NCBI RefSeq assembly: GCF_025526975.1
Contig: NW_026515696.1
Span: 372,001 to 414,133 of the forward strand
Reading direction: 5' to 3'
Source: Fimicolochytrium jonesii
Taxonomy: Eukaryota
DNA length: 42,133 nucleotides
Shown: one piece after another, positions 11,201 to 23,536 of the stretch
Layout of the letters: the number at the start of each line of letters is the position of its first letter
Position numbering within the stretch: position 1 is the first letter of the stretch
The notes under the pieces: generated by a model
What the model was told of the DNA's origin: nothing
What the model saw: the letters and a program-made list of their open reading frames with translations, nothing else
The model's database searches: none
Made by a program: the position numbers and the translations under genes

Positions 11201-11563
11201 GCAACGGGGAAAAAGAACTGGGTGAACGTCATAGGCGAGATCGTGGAAGCTTACAACAACTCGTTCCATGCCACCACCAAGCGCCGACCGATAGATGTCG
11301 CTAGTGGCCTGCAAGACCCAGAGCAGCGAGAGCAGATCACGTTCAAACCCCTTGATATCGGGACCAGCGTCAGGACGCTCTTCAACCGTAAGCAGTTCTC
11401 GAAGGGGTACGAGGCGCGATGGACGAAGAAGATCCATAAGATCACGGGGAGAAAGGGGAACCGATATTTCGTCAATGATTCCGAAGAACGTTCGTTCAAG
11501 GAGAGCAAGCTCCTTGTTGTCGAAGGGACGGTCCCCCTCAACGCGCGCTGCAGGGGTTTGTGA
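11201..11563 (+). pseudogene. Polinton/Maverick-type retroviral-like integrase, C-terminal fragment
   Basis: WVNVIGEIVEAYNNSFHATTKRRP..LDIGTSVR..KQFSKGYEARWT matches the W..l..iv..YNn..H.t....P / vGd.VR..F.KGY...W signature of Maverick c-integrases. The DDE core is absent. Confidence 0.75.
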
Positions 11564-11772
11564 GGTAGAAGGTCTCATAGACACGTTCATCCAACCTTCC
11601 GCAGCAAAACGCGTCCCCAAGAGGAAGACCATCATCCCGTGTAGACCCGTTGATTCCCGCAGTGTTTCTCACCTGGTTACAAGAAGACTGGTGCAGCATC
11701 AGTACATTAGACCTGATTTGCACACTATTTTCTTGACTTCATTTTAAGAAGGCTAAGTAAAATCAATCAGTC

Positions 11773-14700
11773 ATGCCACCGAAGGGCAAGACGAGAACGC
11801 AAAAGGACAAACGATAGCCAAACACCCCCCAAAAATGGCTCCCATCAGCGAAGAAAAGGCGAATTTTCAAGTCGAACTCATTCCAGGCCGTTTGGAGCTA
11901 TCAGACCGGACACGAAGTGCGCGTCGTACAGAAGCACTTCGACGGTATTAGGACAAACTGGATGGAACAACTCGATGACAGCAATGAGCTTGATGCGAAG
12001 GCAGAGAGGGCCGCAAAAGATTGGCTGAAGAAGAAGGTCGGAAATATTGAAGGTCATGGGCCACTAAACCGGAACTTCAAGATGCTCAGTATGCATGTCG
12101 ACAAAGTCGGTAGTGCCCGACCCAGGGAACGTCGAACAGCGGCCAATCTCAACGACTGTTGGCTCTGCCGGAGAAATTCTATAGCCCGTCCTTTAACGTC
12201 ACCTTTCACTGTAGGCATCGAGAATCCGACGAGTTCCGCACAGGCAAGAGCGACCTCATGGTTACCCAAGTCATGGCCCCTGACGTAGACACAGTACGAC
12301 AGAGAGTAGATGAATGGGCGATCGAGTGGTATCGCACAGTTATGGAGCATTCCGCGGAGAACATGCCTCAACTCCACGGGTACAAATGGGAATTCGCATC
12401 GATTGACTTCATATTCAACCCGGATGGCTTCAAGTGGGAGACGCGGAAGTTTCCTTGGGCCAAATATATGAACATCGTGGAGATCCCCCCAAACGATCTG
12501 GACCACTTCACAGAGATGCGCATGCAGAAAAGCAGAGAGGAAGGCATCTTTGCACCTGTACCCATCAAAGTCCCGATCAAAACCCGAAGAAGACAAAAGA
12601 CAACAAAGGCACCGAGGACTAAGGCACAGAGGACAAGGAAAACGAAGGCTCAGACCCACAGGAAAACGAAGGTGCAAGTGAGATTGAGAAACGTAGACTA
12701 GTCTCACTCAAGAACACGTGTGTCTTGGAATACATCATCAAATACATGGGGGCACGGAAACAGGGGTGGAAGAGAGGCTGTCCGAAAAATATTCAAGATC
12801 TCGCGAAGGAGTTAAAAAATGTCATCGCCCGAGGACGGAGTATCTGTCAATATGCTAGTTCAATTCTGCAAGAATTCCGACATATCCCTCTATGCGTTCG
12901 ATCCCCTCTACCATGAGGTCAAAATCCAGCGAGGGGATGAAGAAGGGTCCGACAACACCAGAGGAGACACTTTCGTATTTATCATAAAGGATGAACACAT
13001 TTACCTGATAGAGGATATAGCCCTGCGGAAACAACTGATTCAGACAAAAACACAACGCAGAGTCAACCAAACTCACCGTCAGATTTGGAAAGGTTATAGC
13101 AACCAATCCTGACAAGGAATCTTTGACGAGGCTCTTCGAGAACAAAACTCAAGGCATCGTGGTCTATGACCGGGCAGACAAAGATGATTTGCGAGAGCAG
13201 ATGCATCTGATCGCGCGAGGTACGGTGGTATCTCCTATGGTGGAAACTCAACGCAACACGGAACACCTCGTGTACAACGAACATCTGACAATCAGGATCT
13301 GCGAGGATCCGCAGATGTGCATGCAGATCGCGTCGGACCTAGGACTAAAGTACCTCGGTCAAGGTACGTCAGCGATGGCGATGGAGGCGTTCAAGTCCTT
13401 CGCCAAAATTGAACAGAGCGCATATTTCGAGTCGGTATGGAAGGCAATCCGTAGTGACCGTTTCTTGCGATGCGCCGTCAACGTGAAACCCGAGGTACTC
13501 GAAGTGCCTACCCCAGATTCAGAGACCAAAAGAGTCACACGTTTCCTGGACGCGACGCAGGTGGACTTCGAATTCAGGGCAGAAGATCATTTGGACGAGA
13601 TCGTCTCCATCGACATTCAAACAATTACCCCACGAACGTAGAAATGATGCCGACAGATTATTCTGTGTCCAATTCGATGGACGAGGTAGAGCTCATAGAC
13701 CCCCCCATGCAGTTCAATGGACGCGGCTGCATAGACGTGCCGAGGGACAGGTTCTATTTTTATTACGTCACATCCGACTCATTGGCAGTGTCAGGCTCCA
13801 CACACTTTATTCTGGGAGATGGATGATACTCTGAAGACGTTGTGCGCTCTGCGCTGAAGGCCGGCCATCATTGCACACTCACTCACCGGATCAGCGCCCA
13901 GAAGGGCGTCCCAAGGAAGGCCGTAAGCGACTTCATCCAAAATCTACGGTCTCGCTTTCAGGATCCAAGGATTTTCAAGATGGTGGCAAACCGATTCATC
14001 GGGACTCTAGGGTCTCACAAGGAACTTGAAAACTATGAGGCCGTTGCCACAAACAACCCAGGAACAATGGCACAAATATACTTCAGCAATTCCCTTGAAG
14101 GCCGGAAGACTTGGGTGGAGAGATCTGTCAGCGGGGACAAAGACAAAAAGGGAGACCCTATATACACGGAGAATGGGTATCGAGTATGCTTTCGAACAGG
14201 TTTTACAAAGGGAGATCAAGACAGTCGCTCTATCAACGCAAAGATGGTACAATACACCTACGTACGGCTTTGGGACCTGTACAAGGCCATCAGCATGTGC
14301 ACACAGCACTCTGGCCATTTGATCCAGATACGGACAGACTGCATAAGTTTTTGGATTCCCTACCCCTCAGAACGCGCTCGGACCATCGCCTTCGTGGATG
14401 AACACAAGGACAAATTTTGCATCGAGCTTGACGGCTTTTCCTCGCTCCGCTTTCCCGCTTATATAAAGCAGGAGAAGCGAGGAGGGCGCAGGCGTACCGC
14501 GAGATATATATTCAACTAGAACAACAATGCAACAATCAGTAACCAGAGCAGAGCTGGATAAGGGAGAGGAGGGTGGGGCGCAAGAGCTACTATGTGTCCG
14601 TTTGTCGAGATTCCCACGACGGGAAAAGGGAAAGAGAGGGAGAAGGTGCTATATATGGCTCTTGCTTGTTTTGCTGCGCCTCGGAAAAGCCACTCTTTGG

Positions 14701-16101
14701 GTGGCTGCGCCTCCCAACCCGATTCAAACCGATCAAGAACAAGGTCAAAAAACGGGCCCCCCCGGGCCTGGGTCACACCCCCCTACCATACCATGGAAGG
14801 ACATAAGGCTCCCCACAAACGACGACATCTCACCAAAGCAAATCTTGGCAATGGAAGGATGTTACTTTACCGGTGCGGCTGGGACAGGCAAGAGCATCGT
14901 CATCGAACGGTTGGTGAAGTACATTCAGAAGGAGAACGAGACGGGACGCATGAAACTATCCGTTCAAGTATGTTCCTTCATGAACCTCGTCGCAAACCGA
15001 CACGAAGGCGGCCTGACTTTGCACCGGGCCGTTATCTGTGGCGCCAAAACACGAGCAGATGTAATCATCATCGACGAAGCATCGATGAACCCAACGGTTT
15101 TTAAGGGGCAAATTGACGGCGTTCAAAAGGCATAACCCAAAGATAATGTTCTTTCTTTTCGGAGGCCTCAAGCAACTCCCCCGTGTGGAGGAATTGGAAT
15201 ACGCCCATGAGGAGTCCGAGATGGTCGAGATATGCCGTCATCACAACAGAGTGATGTTCGAGAAGATCTGGAGATATGATGAAGAGACCGCCGAAATATT
15301 TCAGGATATATGGGACCGCCCAGCGGCACTCGCAAACTACGACTGGGGTGACACCCTTCAAGACCGCACCCTTGTGGCCACACATCTAGAGAGGAAACGA
15401 GTCAATCATCTAAAATGGAGGAGGCAGAGGCAAGAGGTGAACAAGGAGAGTGGACCCCACAACCACGCACCACAAGCGGCAAGCACCAGGCGATATTCCT
15501 ATACGTTGGGTTACCATTGATATCCATTCAGAAGCACGCAAACAACATTCCCAGCAAGCATGCGACGTACAAGGTAGTAGAGATGAACGAGGCCAGGATC
15601 ATACTGAGGAAATGGGACATTGCAACAGACTCGTGGCGCTGGGATTACGAGAAGAAGGATCGAGAAGGTCTCAAATTGAACCAGCAGATGCTCGCCAGGG
15701 AGAGGTTGAAGAGCGACATCGCCTCCTGGTTCCGGGTAGCAAAGAAGCAGGAGGTGCTAGGAAGTGAAAATGAAGAAGAGCCCCAGGAGTATCTGCAGAT
15801 CACCAGGAAGCAGATACTGAAGCGCTTTTACCCAGCCTTCGCCATCACGGTGCACGTAGCACAAGGGTCGACGTTCATCGGCCCTTATTCCATCCTGAAC
15901 GCACACAAATTCCGCGATCGAAGGATGTTATACACCGCCCTGTCACGCTGCAAGGGTTCTTGGAAAAATATTCATATCCCTGTGTGGCAAACTCCGGAAA
16001 TCGATGAGCAGAAACTGACGGAGCGCCTTCTACGCGACGTCGGTAGAATATACGATGGCCCTCATGAAGCGACATGGAAACAATTCATCGAGGAAAATTG
16101 A
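11773..16101 (+). pseudogene. Frameshifted viral-type polyprotein: N-terminal region, putative vOTU-like domain, divergent family-B DNA polymerase, SF1 (Pif1/RecD-like) helicase
   Basis: Intronless same-strand ORF chain starting at ATG 11773, which is in frame with ORF 11917 across a TAG. PolB-like motifs: A SIDI/SNNYP (~13605-13632, split by a frameshift), B KMVANRFIG (~13977), C IRTDC (~14328). Helicase motifs: GAAGTGKS, TLHR, IIIDEASM, FGGLKQLP, AITVHVAQGST, LYTALSR. Confidence 0.75.
14850..15960 (+). pseudogene. SF1B helicase domain of the polyprotein
   Basis: Motifs I, Ia, Ib, II, III, V and VI occur in order across three ORFs joined by two frameshifts (~15110, ~15430). Confidence 0.9.
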
Positions 16102-17870
16102 CTATCATCAAAACTTCCGCGCCAGTCCTTAGGTTTAACACGTTGTGGATGCTGTAGCACTTGATGAGGAGAACCAGACTAGTGATCCCAGCTGACACAG
16201 TCTACGCCTTTGGTCGCGAGTGGTACCAGATGATAAATACCTTAGGAATTTGCTTACCTGGATTTTCAGCACGAGGGTGCCAAGACCCAGGAACAATTCG
16301 ATCGACATCTTCATGCCATCGCTATTCCCATTATCGCCGTGCAAGTCAATCTTGCGCCCCAGAAGAGCGTCAGCCAGGTCATCTATTGGAATTGATTCAC
16401 GTGGAACACATATTAAACACTTCCAGTTTTGCCGGAAGACACTCATGATACTCACTACTCGACGAAAAGCTTTGTCCTCTAGATACCACTTATTCACCGA
16501 CTCCACCGCCTCCTGATGCGACTTCCTACTGCCCAGTCCCTGTCCGGACCCCGCCGAGGCGGCAGGAGCTCGATCCAAATCTCGCGGCGGGGTATCTGCG
16601 ACACTAATTTTTGACAGCTCTTCAACGTTATCGTCATCGGTGGGAATGAGACTGGTGGGGAATCTGCATTCCTGGTAAACGTTTGCTCGGTTCCAGAGTT
16701 CTGTACCGGGCTATGGGGACGCGAGGGGCTTGCTTCACAGCAGTACTCGTTGCACCTTGGCCGTCACGCAAGATATGCTCAACAGCCTGTGTCTGATTCA
16801 TTGTCGCCGCCGTGTCCGGCCCCCCAAGACGACGCTCATTTGAGCTCATCGTGCCACAGTCGGTCAAATTGGTATGTGCTTCCTTGGCCGTTACTTCTTT
16901 CTCCGTTCTCCTGTACTATATCATCCCTCATCTTCTCCTCCCCTGCGCCGAACCATCTCCAAGATCAACTGGAGCACGAGTCAAGATCTCCACTACAAAA
17001 TAGACTGAAAGCGGCTTTACTTCGAATTTTATTGCTTCTGATAGGAGCACAGAACGTAACAAGACAGAGGCAAGTTGTGCATCGCCGCAGGCATCACGGG
17101 CGAGAAACAGACAGCCATTTGGTCCTCCGGCCAAGACCAAGATGACTGTGAGAAAAGTAGCGGCGGAGAGCATGACAGAGAACCATTGGTGAGGCCGGGA
17201 AACTCTTTTCCGTGAACTCGCCAAACATTGCAGCTCACCGGATTGATACGACGTTTCCATGAAAGCAATATCAGGGCTTCCGCAATGGGCAGATTCCGGA
17301 CAGATTGAGACGTATTCCTTCATTCAGTGTGGTGATATAATTGCGCAACTCTGCGGCGATTTGCAAGAAGGTGTGCTCCAAGGGCGTTCAGAGTAGCGAA
17401 CAATGGACTTGCATACCCGACTTCCTTTAGAAAAGTACGATTCCGAGTATATGCGGCTGATTCCGATGGAACCGAACGTTATCACATCGCAATCCGCATT
17501 TGGGGAGCGGCAAGACGCTTGGAATGTGGCAGTGCATATTCGATACGAAACCGGCGTGCGTTGGCTAACCCTTCGTCAGGACGTACCACCTTAACTCCAA
17601 TCTGAAGAGTTGTCGTTTTTGAGAGTTCTCTGGGTGTGACCAAACTGCGCGGTTGATTTTTAGCTCGTGTCCATCCAAGATATCGGCTGATTTTCAAAGA
17701 CCCACAAAAATATGTACTGTACAAATAACAAGTCAGGTTACGCGCGATATGAGGGTTCGAAAATGACCCTAACCCCTAACCCATCCCACAGTGAATGATG
17801 CTATTGCAAAACCTATGTAGATCTGAAGAGATCCCACACTCCGTGTCCACAATCAAGTATGATGAATGGC

Positions 17871-20800
17871 CTACATTGACGGCGGGCTATTTGCTAACTC
17901 TACGAGATTTTCGAACAAAACCACCTTCGAGTAAGGTTTTACCAGGTAGCGGTTCATACCAGCAGATATCGCCCTTTCCCGAAACACGTCACGCGCGTTT
18001 CCAGAGAGTCCCAGAATCGGCACTTTCACAGCACTTGCATTCGACTCTTCGAGCGCGCGGATATGGCCCGTGGCTTCTAGCCCGTTCATGAGGGGCATTT
18101 CGACGTCCATGATAATAACGTTAAAGTTTCCTTTCATAAATTGCTCAATGGCTTCTTGGCCGTTGTTGGCAACTTCAGTCGTAACACCCTCCTTGTCCAG
18201 CTGTTTCCGAAGGACCTTCTGATTGATCATGTTATCCTCTACTATGAGAACTTTAAGTTCGTCCAATCGAAGATCTTTGCGCTGCCGAGTGGGTCGTTTC
18301 GGTTGATCACACGGCGCGGGTGCCGGTGGCTTCCCGAGCCACTCAGCGCCATTAGAGATCGGCGGCGCCAACATATCAGCGATTGAGGGCTGCGAAGCAG
18401 ATGTAGAAGCTCCATTTGGTGTGTGATTCGCGGCCGATGCTAACATTAAAGAATCCCTTTCATGATCCAAGCTCGAGCAAGTCAATGAGCTCGCGGTCGA
18501 CGAGGAGGATGCCGATAGCGATTCAGCAACTTCGCTCTCCGCTACGCCGCTTAGAAATTCGCGCATCTCTTGTTCCGCTGGTCTTTTGCAGCGAAGGTTG
18601 AAGAAAACATCGGTACCCGCATTTGCGGCGCTGCTCAGACCAATCTGGCCCCCCATCATATCAATGAGTTGCCTGCAAATGGACAGACCAAGCCCGGAGC
18701 CTCCGTAGGTGCTGTGCGTTTTGACAGATGCTTGACTGAAACGTTGAAAGAGCTTTTGCTGCTCCACGTCGGATATCCCGATTCTAAGAATGAGGGGAAA
18801 AATCAACGTTTTGGAAGTCCCATGCAAAAGTTGGAGAGACGACCACCACGTACCCAGTGTCCTTCACCGAAACTTTTATGTCGGTAATACGCTGTTTACG
18901 AGGCCCTGCGGTTGCGGCATCTACTTCTTCCTCGATGACCGAGTTCGTGAGTTCTACTGCAATGGTGATCCTTTTTTCGTTTGTGGACTTTTCCGTGAAC
19001 TTGATAGCGTTGGTTACTGTTTATTATTCAAATGGTCAGTTAGAAAGAAACGAACATGGAAACACCGATGCTCTCAGGAAATACCTAGGTTGAACATAAT
19101 TTGTGCCAAACGGTCGGGTTCCGAGAAAACCAATTCAGCATCCACCACATTTCTGAATTCGGAATAGGTTTTTTCCACAGCTTGTCCTTCCGTCTTTATG
19201 GAAAGATGCCATCCAAATTCAATACGTTTCTTGCGCATAAGACTTCGGAACATCCTCATCACGCGTGAGATGACAACCTCTGGCGCGCAGATGACCGGGT
19301 TATATGGCATGTCGTGCTGTTTCAACTTGGAGAGTTGCAAGCTGCGCGGTGCCACCCAGTGAGTATGTCGAGACGCAGTTTATGCTTGCGTGAGACATTT
19401 CACTTACACATCATTTGTAATAACCTCCTGGTGGTTCGTGCACATCGAAATGGCATCAATTGCCTCATGATCTTCCAGCAATTGGTTCTTGATAGCTGGA
19501 ATCACACACGCGTCCAGATATCGCATGAAATCGTTCATGTCCACGGGCGCAGACCACTTTTTCTTTCCATTGAACGCGTTCGCAGGCCCAGCGTATTCCG
19601 CACCGCTCATGGACTTCCAAGCGTTGACAGCAGACTGAACCGTTCGAGTGATAGACCAAAGCCGCTTGACTCCTAATTGCAGCAAATCAGCACAATTCCG
19701 GACGCCCGAGAGCGGATTGCGAATCTCATGGCAAATTGTGTCCTACAGGAAACCGTTGTTTCTTTTTTGGTACAAAGGTCTACTTCACACAACGATCGAG
19801 CGCGACATTACCACAAATGCTTCCTGTTGCCTCCTGTTCTCATCCGCATCCTCCGCCCTGCGTCTCTGTTCCTCCGACAGTTCCAGTAGAGCATTGATCC
19901 GCTGCTGCTCAAGCTTTTTCTCCTCCGTGATATCCATGGCGGCAAAGTAAAAGCCAGCGTTCTTGCTGTATGCTTCAAGATCCGTTTCCCCCCCAGTAAA
20001 TTCGTGGGGCTGGCCATCCTCGCCGCTTCCGTCGTCAAAGATGCAGCTGCTAATGATTGTGACCTCCGTTCCGTCGGGACGGACAAGGGTGGTCTCCCGA
20101 CGGGCAGTCGCACCAGCCTCCTTCACGCCGTCAGACATCAGGTCGTTAACGTCCGCTATCGTCTCCGGCTTCACCCACTGCTGCCAGTCATTTGGATCAT
20201 CGACGTTGGGGTCCCGGCCAACAATCTTCCACCTACAAATAAGTTGAACCTGACGTTAACACTTTGGCGCATCATTATGGCGGTTTCCATTTTAGAAGAT
20301 GACTTACCACGCCTTGTTCACGAAAACCACCTCGCCCTTCATATTCAAGCGGCTGATGCCTACCGGCGAGATATTGGATAAGAGCTGGAATTGACGTGCA
20401 CTCTCTTGCAACTGCGCAGTGCGCGCTTTGACAAGCCGGTCTAATTCCTTGCGCATCCTGCCAATCGCAATGTGCGCCCTTACACGCGCGCGCAATTCCT
20501 TTGCTGAAAACGGCTTCACCTGGAGGAATGGGTTAGCAAAGGCGAGTCGGTGATAGGGACGAGATTGAGAAGCCGTGTTCCACCCCAAATAGCGATTGGC
20601 TCACCATGTAATCATCTGCACCAGCTTGCAAACCTTCGACTTTCGCTTCTTCCCCAGCACGGGCGCTGAGAAGCACGAACGGAATATTCTTCAAGTGAGG
20701 GTGTTCACGGATCTTCTGGAGCAACTCGAAACCATCTAAAATCGCCAGTAGTATCTAGATTGATAGTCATAAACATGAGCGCGGGCAACGAGACTCACTC

Positions 20801-23169
20801 ATATGTGGCATCATGACATCGCTTGGGACAGAAAATGGCGCGAAGCTTCGTCAGTTGGTAAGACGTCGACCGGAACCCCAGTTTCGTTTTCATACCTGAG
20901 AATGAGATCGGGTGGATTGTCTATGATAGCACCATATGCGTTACGGCCATCGTTGGCTACATGCACTATGCAAAACTTGGCCAGCAAGCTACCCACATAC
21001 TCTCTCATATCCGCGTTATCGTCTGCCAGCACCACCCGCGCCAAGCGGTTATCGTTGAAAGGGCCTTGATCAGAGGATCCTGTTCCGAGGGCGTCCTCGT
21101 TTGCTGACGTGCCAACCGAGAAGGATTCGTCCGGCTTGTCGTTGACGGAGCCAACATAACTCGAGTTTTCGGTAATCCACCTTGCACTCTCTTGGATAAA
21201 CGCCCGGCCAACAGATGATTGGGCAGTGGAATCCAGTTGATCCTGCGCGGTAATCTGGGAGGAAGAAATATGGCCTTTTCCAAGCGGTATAGAAACCGTA
21301 AATTTAGTCCCGACACCAAGGGTGCTTGTGGCCGTGATGGCACCGCCGTGAAGCTTGACAAGCTCGTGGGTCAAGGAAAGCCCGATTCCGGTGCCCTCCA
21401 CCGATCGGCCGCTCGAGGAGTGGCAGCGGTGAAATCGCTCAAATAAACGGTCAACTTCATTGTCGGGAACTCCGCATCCCGTATCTTCGACCTCCAAAAA
21501 AGCAGCCGTTTCGTCTTTATACAGGCGAACTTTAACGCCGCCTTGAACAGTATATTTGAAGGCATTGCTGAGGAGATTTAAGACGATTTTCTCCCACCTG
21601 ATAGGAGTTTTCCCTTAGAGGTGCCTTTCGCTGAGGTAGCACCAAGGCAAGCGAACACTCTATCACTTACATGTCAACGTCAAGATAAACCATCTCTCCC
21701 AAGGGCGGCGTCTCGACCGTGTAATCCAGGTTCCCCTTTTCCATCGCTGATCTAAACATAGACGCGGCATTCGCGGTGACAACGCTTATGTTCGTAAGGC
21801 GGAAGTTAGCTTCCATGCGTCCAGCCTCCAATTGCGAGAAGTCCAAAACCGAGTTCACAAGCTTGTGCAGGCGCTGAGCATTCCTTTCTACCAGACGGAT
21901 CTTGTCCAACTGTTGGGAAGTCAGGGAGGAGTCCCCCAAAAGATCCGCAACCGGGGCCAAGATAAGCGACAACGGCGTCCTGTACTCATGAGAGATATTG
22001 CTAGAGCACGGCGAGAGCGGGATTCGGCGTCAGGCCAGTGAATATCAAGAGATATCTAAAGGAGTCCTACTTGCGTACCTGAAGAACACGGATTTCGCGC
22101 GATCAATCTCGGCGAGCGCCTGCAGCCGGTGTTGCTTTTCGGTCAAGGACCTCCCGCGCAGGATGGAAGTGGCGACTTGAGTCCTCGTCATTTCTAAGAA
22201 ATCCTTGTAATCAGAATCCAGCTCTCTCCTAGGATTGATCCCAAAAACGACCAGGCCGATGGGTTCCTGGTTTGCAGAAGCTTCCAGAGGCAACACAATG
22301 GCTCCGGATGTGGGCGTGTGTTCACAAACGCCTCCGGTGATATAGCCAAACCTTTCCTGCAGCTCATGGACTTCCACCCCACACCGCTGTGAGAATACTT
22401 GGTCGACCGGCCATGATCCTTGTTCCTCGCGATCGATTGAAGAAACGCACAGCAAATGACCAGACTCGACGTTGGAAAAGCCCTTTAGTATCAGCTTTCT
22501 GCCACTCCCATCGAGCATATAGATGAGCGCAAACGTAATGTCTGCACAGTTTTGCTCAAAGATTTGTGCCGATAAGGCGCAAGCTTCGTCCTCGGACTGC
22601 GTGTTAGCAGTGCTTGCAGCCAGCTCTCGCAGCAAGTTCAGCCTGCGCTCGCTCAACACGGTTTTCGTTGTTTCGGTGATGGGCGTCATGACTCCACCAA
22701 CGGTGCCGTCCTCAATCCTAACCGGCGAGTACGACCAGGTGAAGTAGCACTCTTCCACGTAGCCATTGCGGGTCAACTCGAGCAACTGGTTCTCTGACCA
22801 GGTGGCTGTACCACCGCGGACGTTTTCGAGCATGGGCCTAATGACATCCCAAACTTCACTCCACGCCTCGTACCCAGGTTGGCCCAGCACGGTCGGGTGC
22901 TTTCCGCCAAAGATGGGGATGTACTGGTCGTTGTAGATAACGTTGTAGTGGTCGCCCCAGAAGAGAATGAAAGGGAAGGCAGCGTTGAGGATGAAAGAGA
23001 CGGAGGTTTTAAGTGACTGAGCCCAGTCCTGTGAGGGCCCGAGCTTTGTGGTGCTCCAGTCCTTTGCCCTGACGAGCTGGCCCATGGCACCGCCGCCCGA
23101 GAAGGCACTTGAGCAAGACATACGGGCGCGGATACAAGGAGTATCACCTACAGCTGCTGCAACCGACAT
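17871..23169 (-). CDS. Dual hybrid histidine kinase (PAS-like, GAF, HisKA, HATPase, REC, PAS, HisKA, HATPase, REC), 11 exons
   Basis: Hand-spliced exons 23169-22079, 22000-21671, 21597-20896, 20821-20799, 20735-20605, 20519-20308, 20232-19812, 19742-19408, 19341-19085, 19016-18854 and 18783-17871, all GT-AG and motif-restoring. H-boxes SNISHEYRTPL and DTICHEIRNPL; N-boxes NLLSNAFKYT and NLVTNAIKFT; G-boxes GTGIGL and GSGLGL; receiver motifs SDVMMP and MDVEMP. Start codon uncertain. Confidence 0.93.
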
Positions 23170-23536
23170 TTGTGAGTCTGAGCCAGGGAAACCAACGGGC
23201 GGAAGGGGCAACGCGGCAATCGGTGAGGGAAGAAAGTCCGGCGTGTTTGACCGTCGCCCTGCCTCCCAGCCCAATTGGCTGCTCAGCCATGCGACGCGGA
23301 ATCGGCTTGCTGCTACGGTGGTATCCGGGCCCAAGAGCCGGTGGTTAGATTATTCGAAGAATTCGGACAGGTGTACTGCGCCACCGGCGCAAAGCGTCAA
23401 TTGACTGTAGCCTAACAAAAGTCTCCGGAACGCACGCGTTTCAATCATAAACAGTTTGACTACACTTTATATCGGTCAAACTTAGAACCCCCAGGATAGC
23501 GCCGGCTATTTCACGGACGTCCCAGACCTCCAAGGT

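Noticed and set aside
14527..16101. Helitron RepHel
   Set aside because: No HUH/Y2 Rep motifs upstream. PolB-like motifs and a Maverick-type integrase are present instead.
16634..17724. Short ORFs between the viral relic and the kinase (e.g. MKEYVSICPE resembling an integrase zinc finger)
   Set aside because: No second Cys or His pair and no downstream DDE core.
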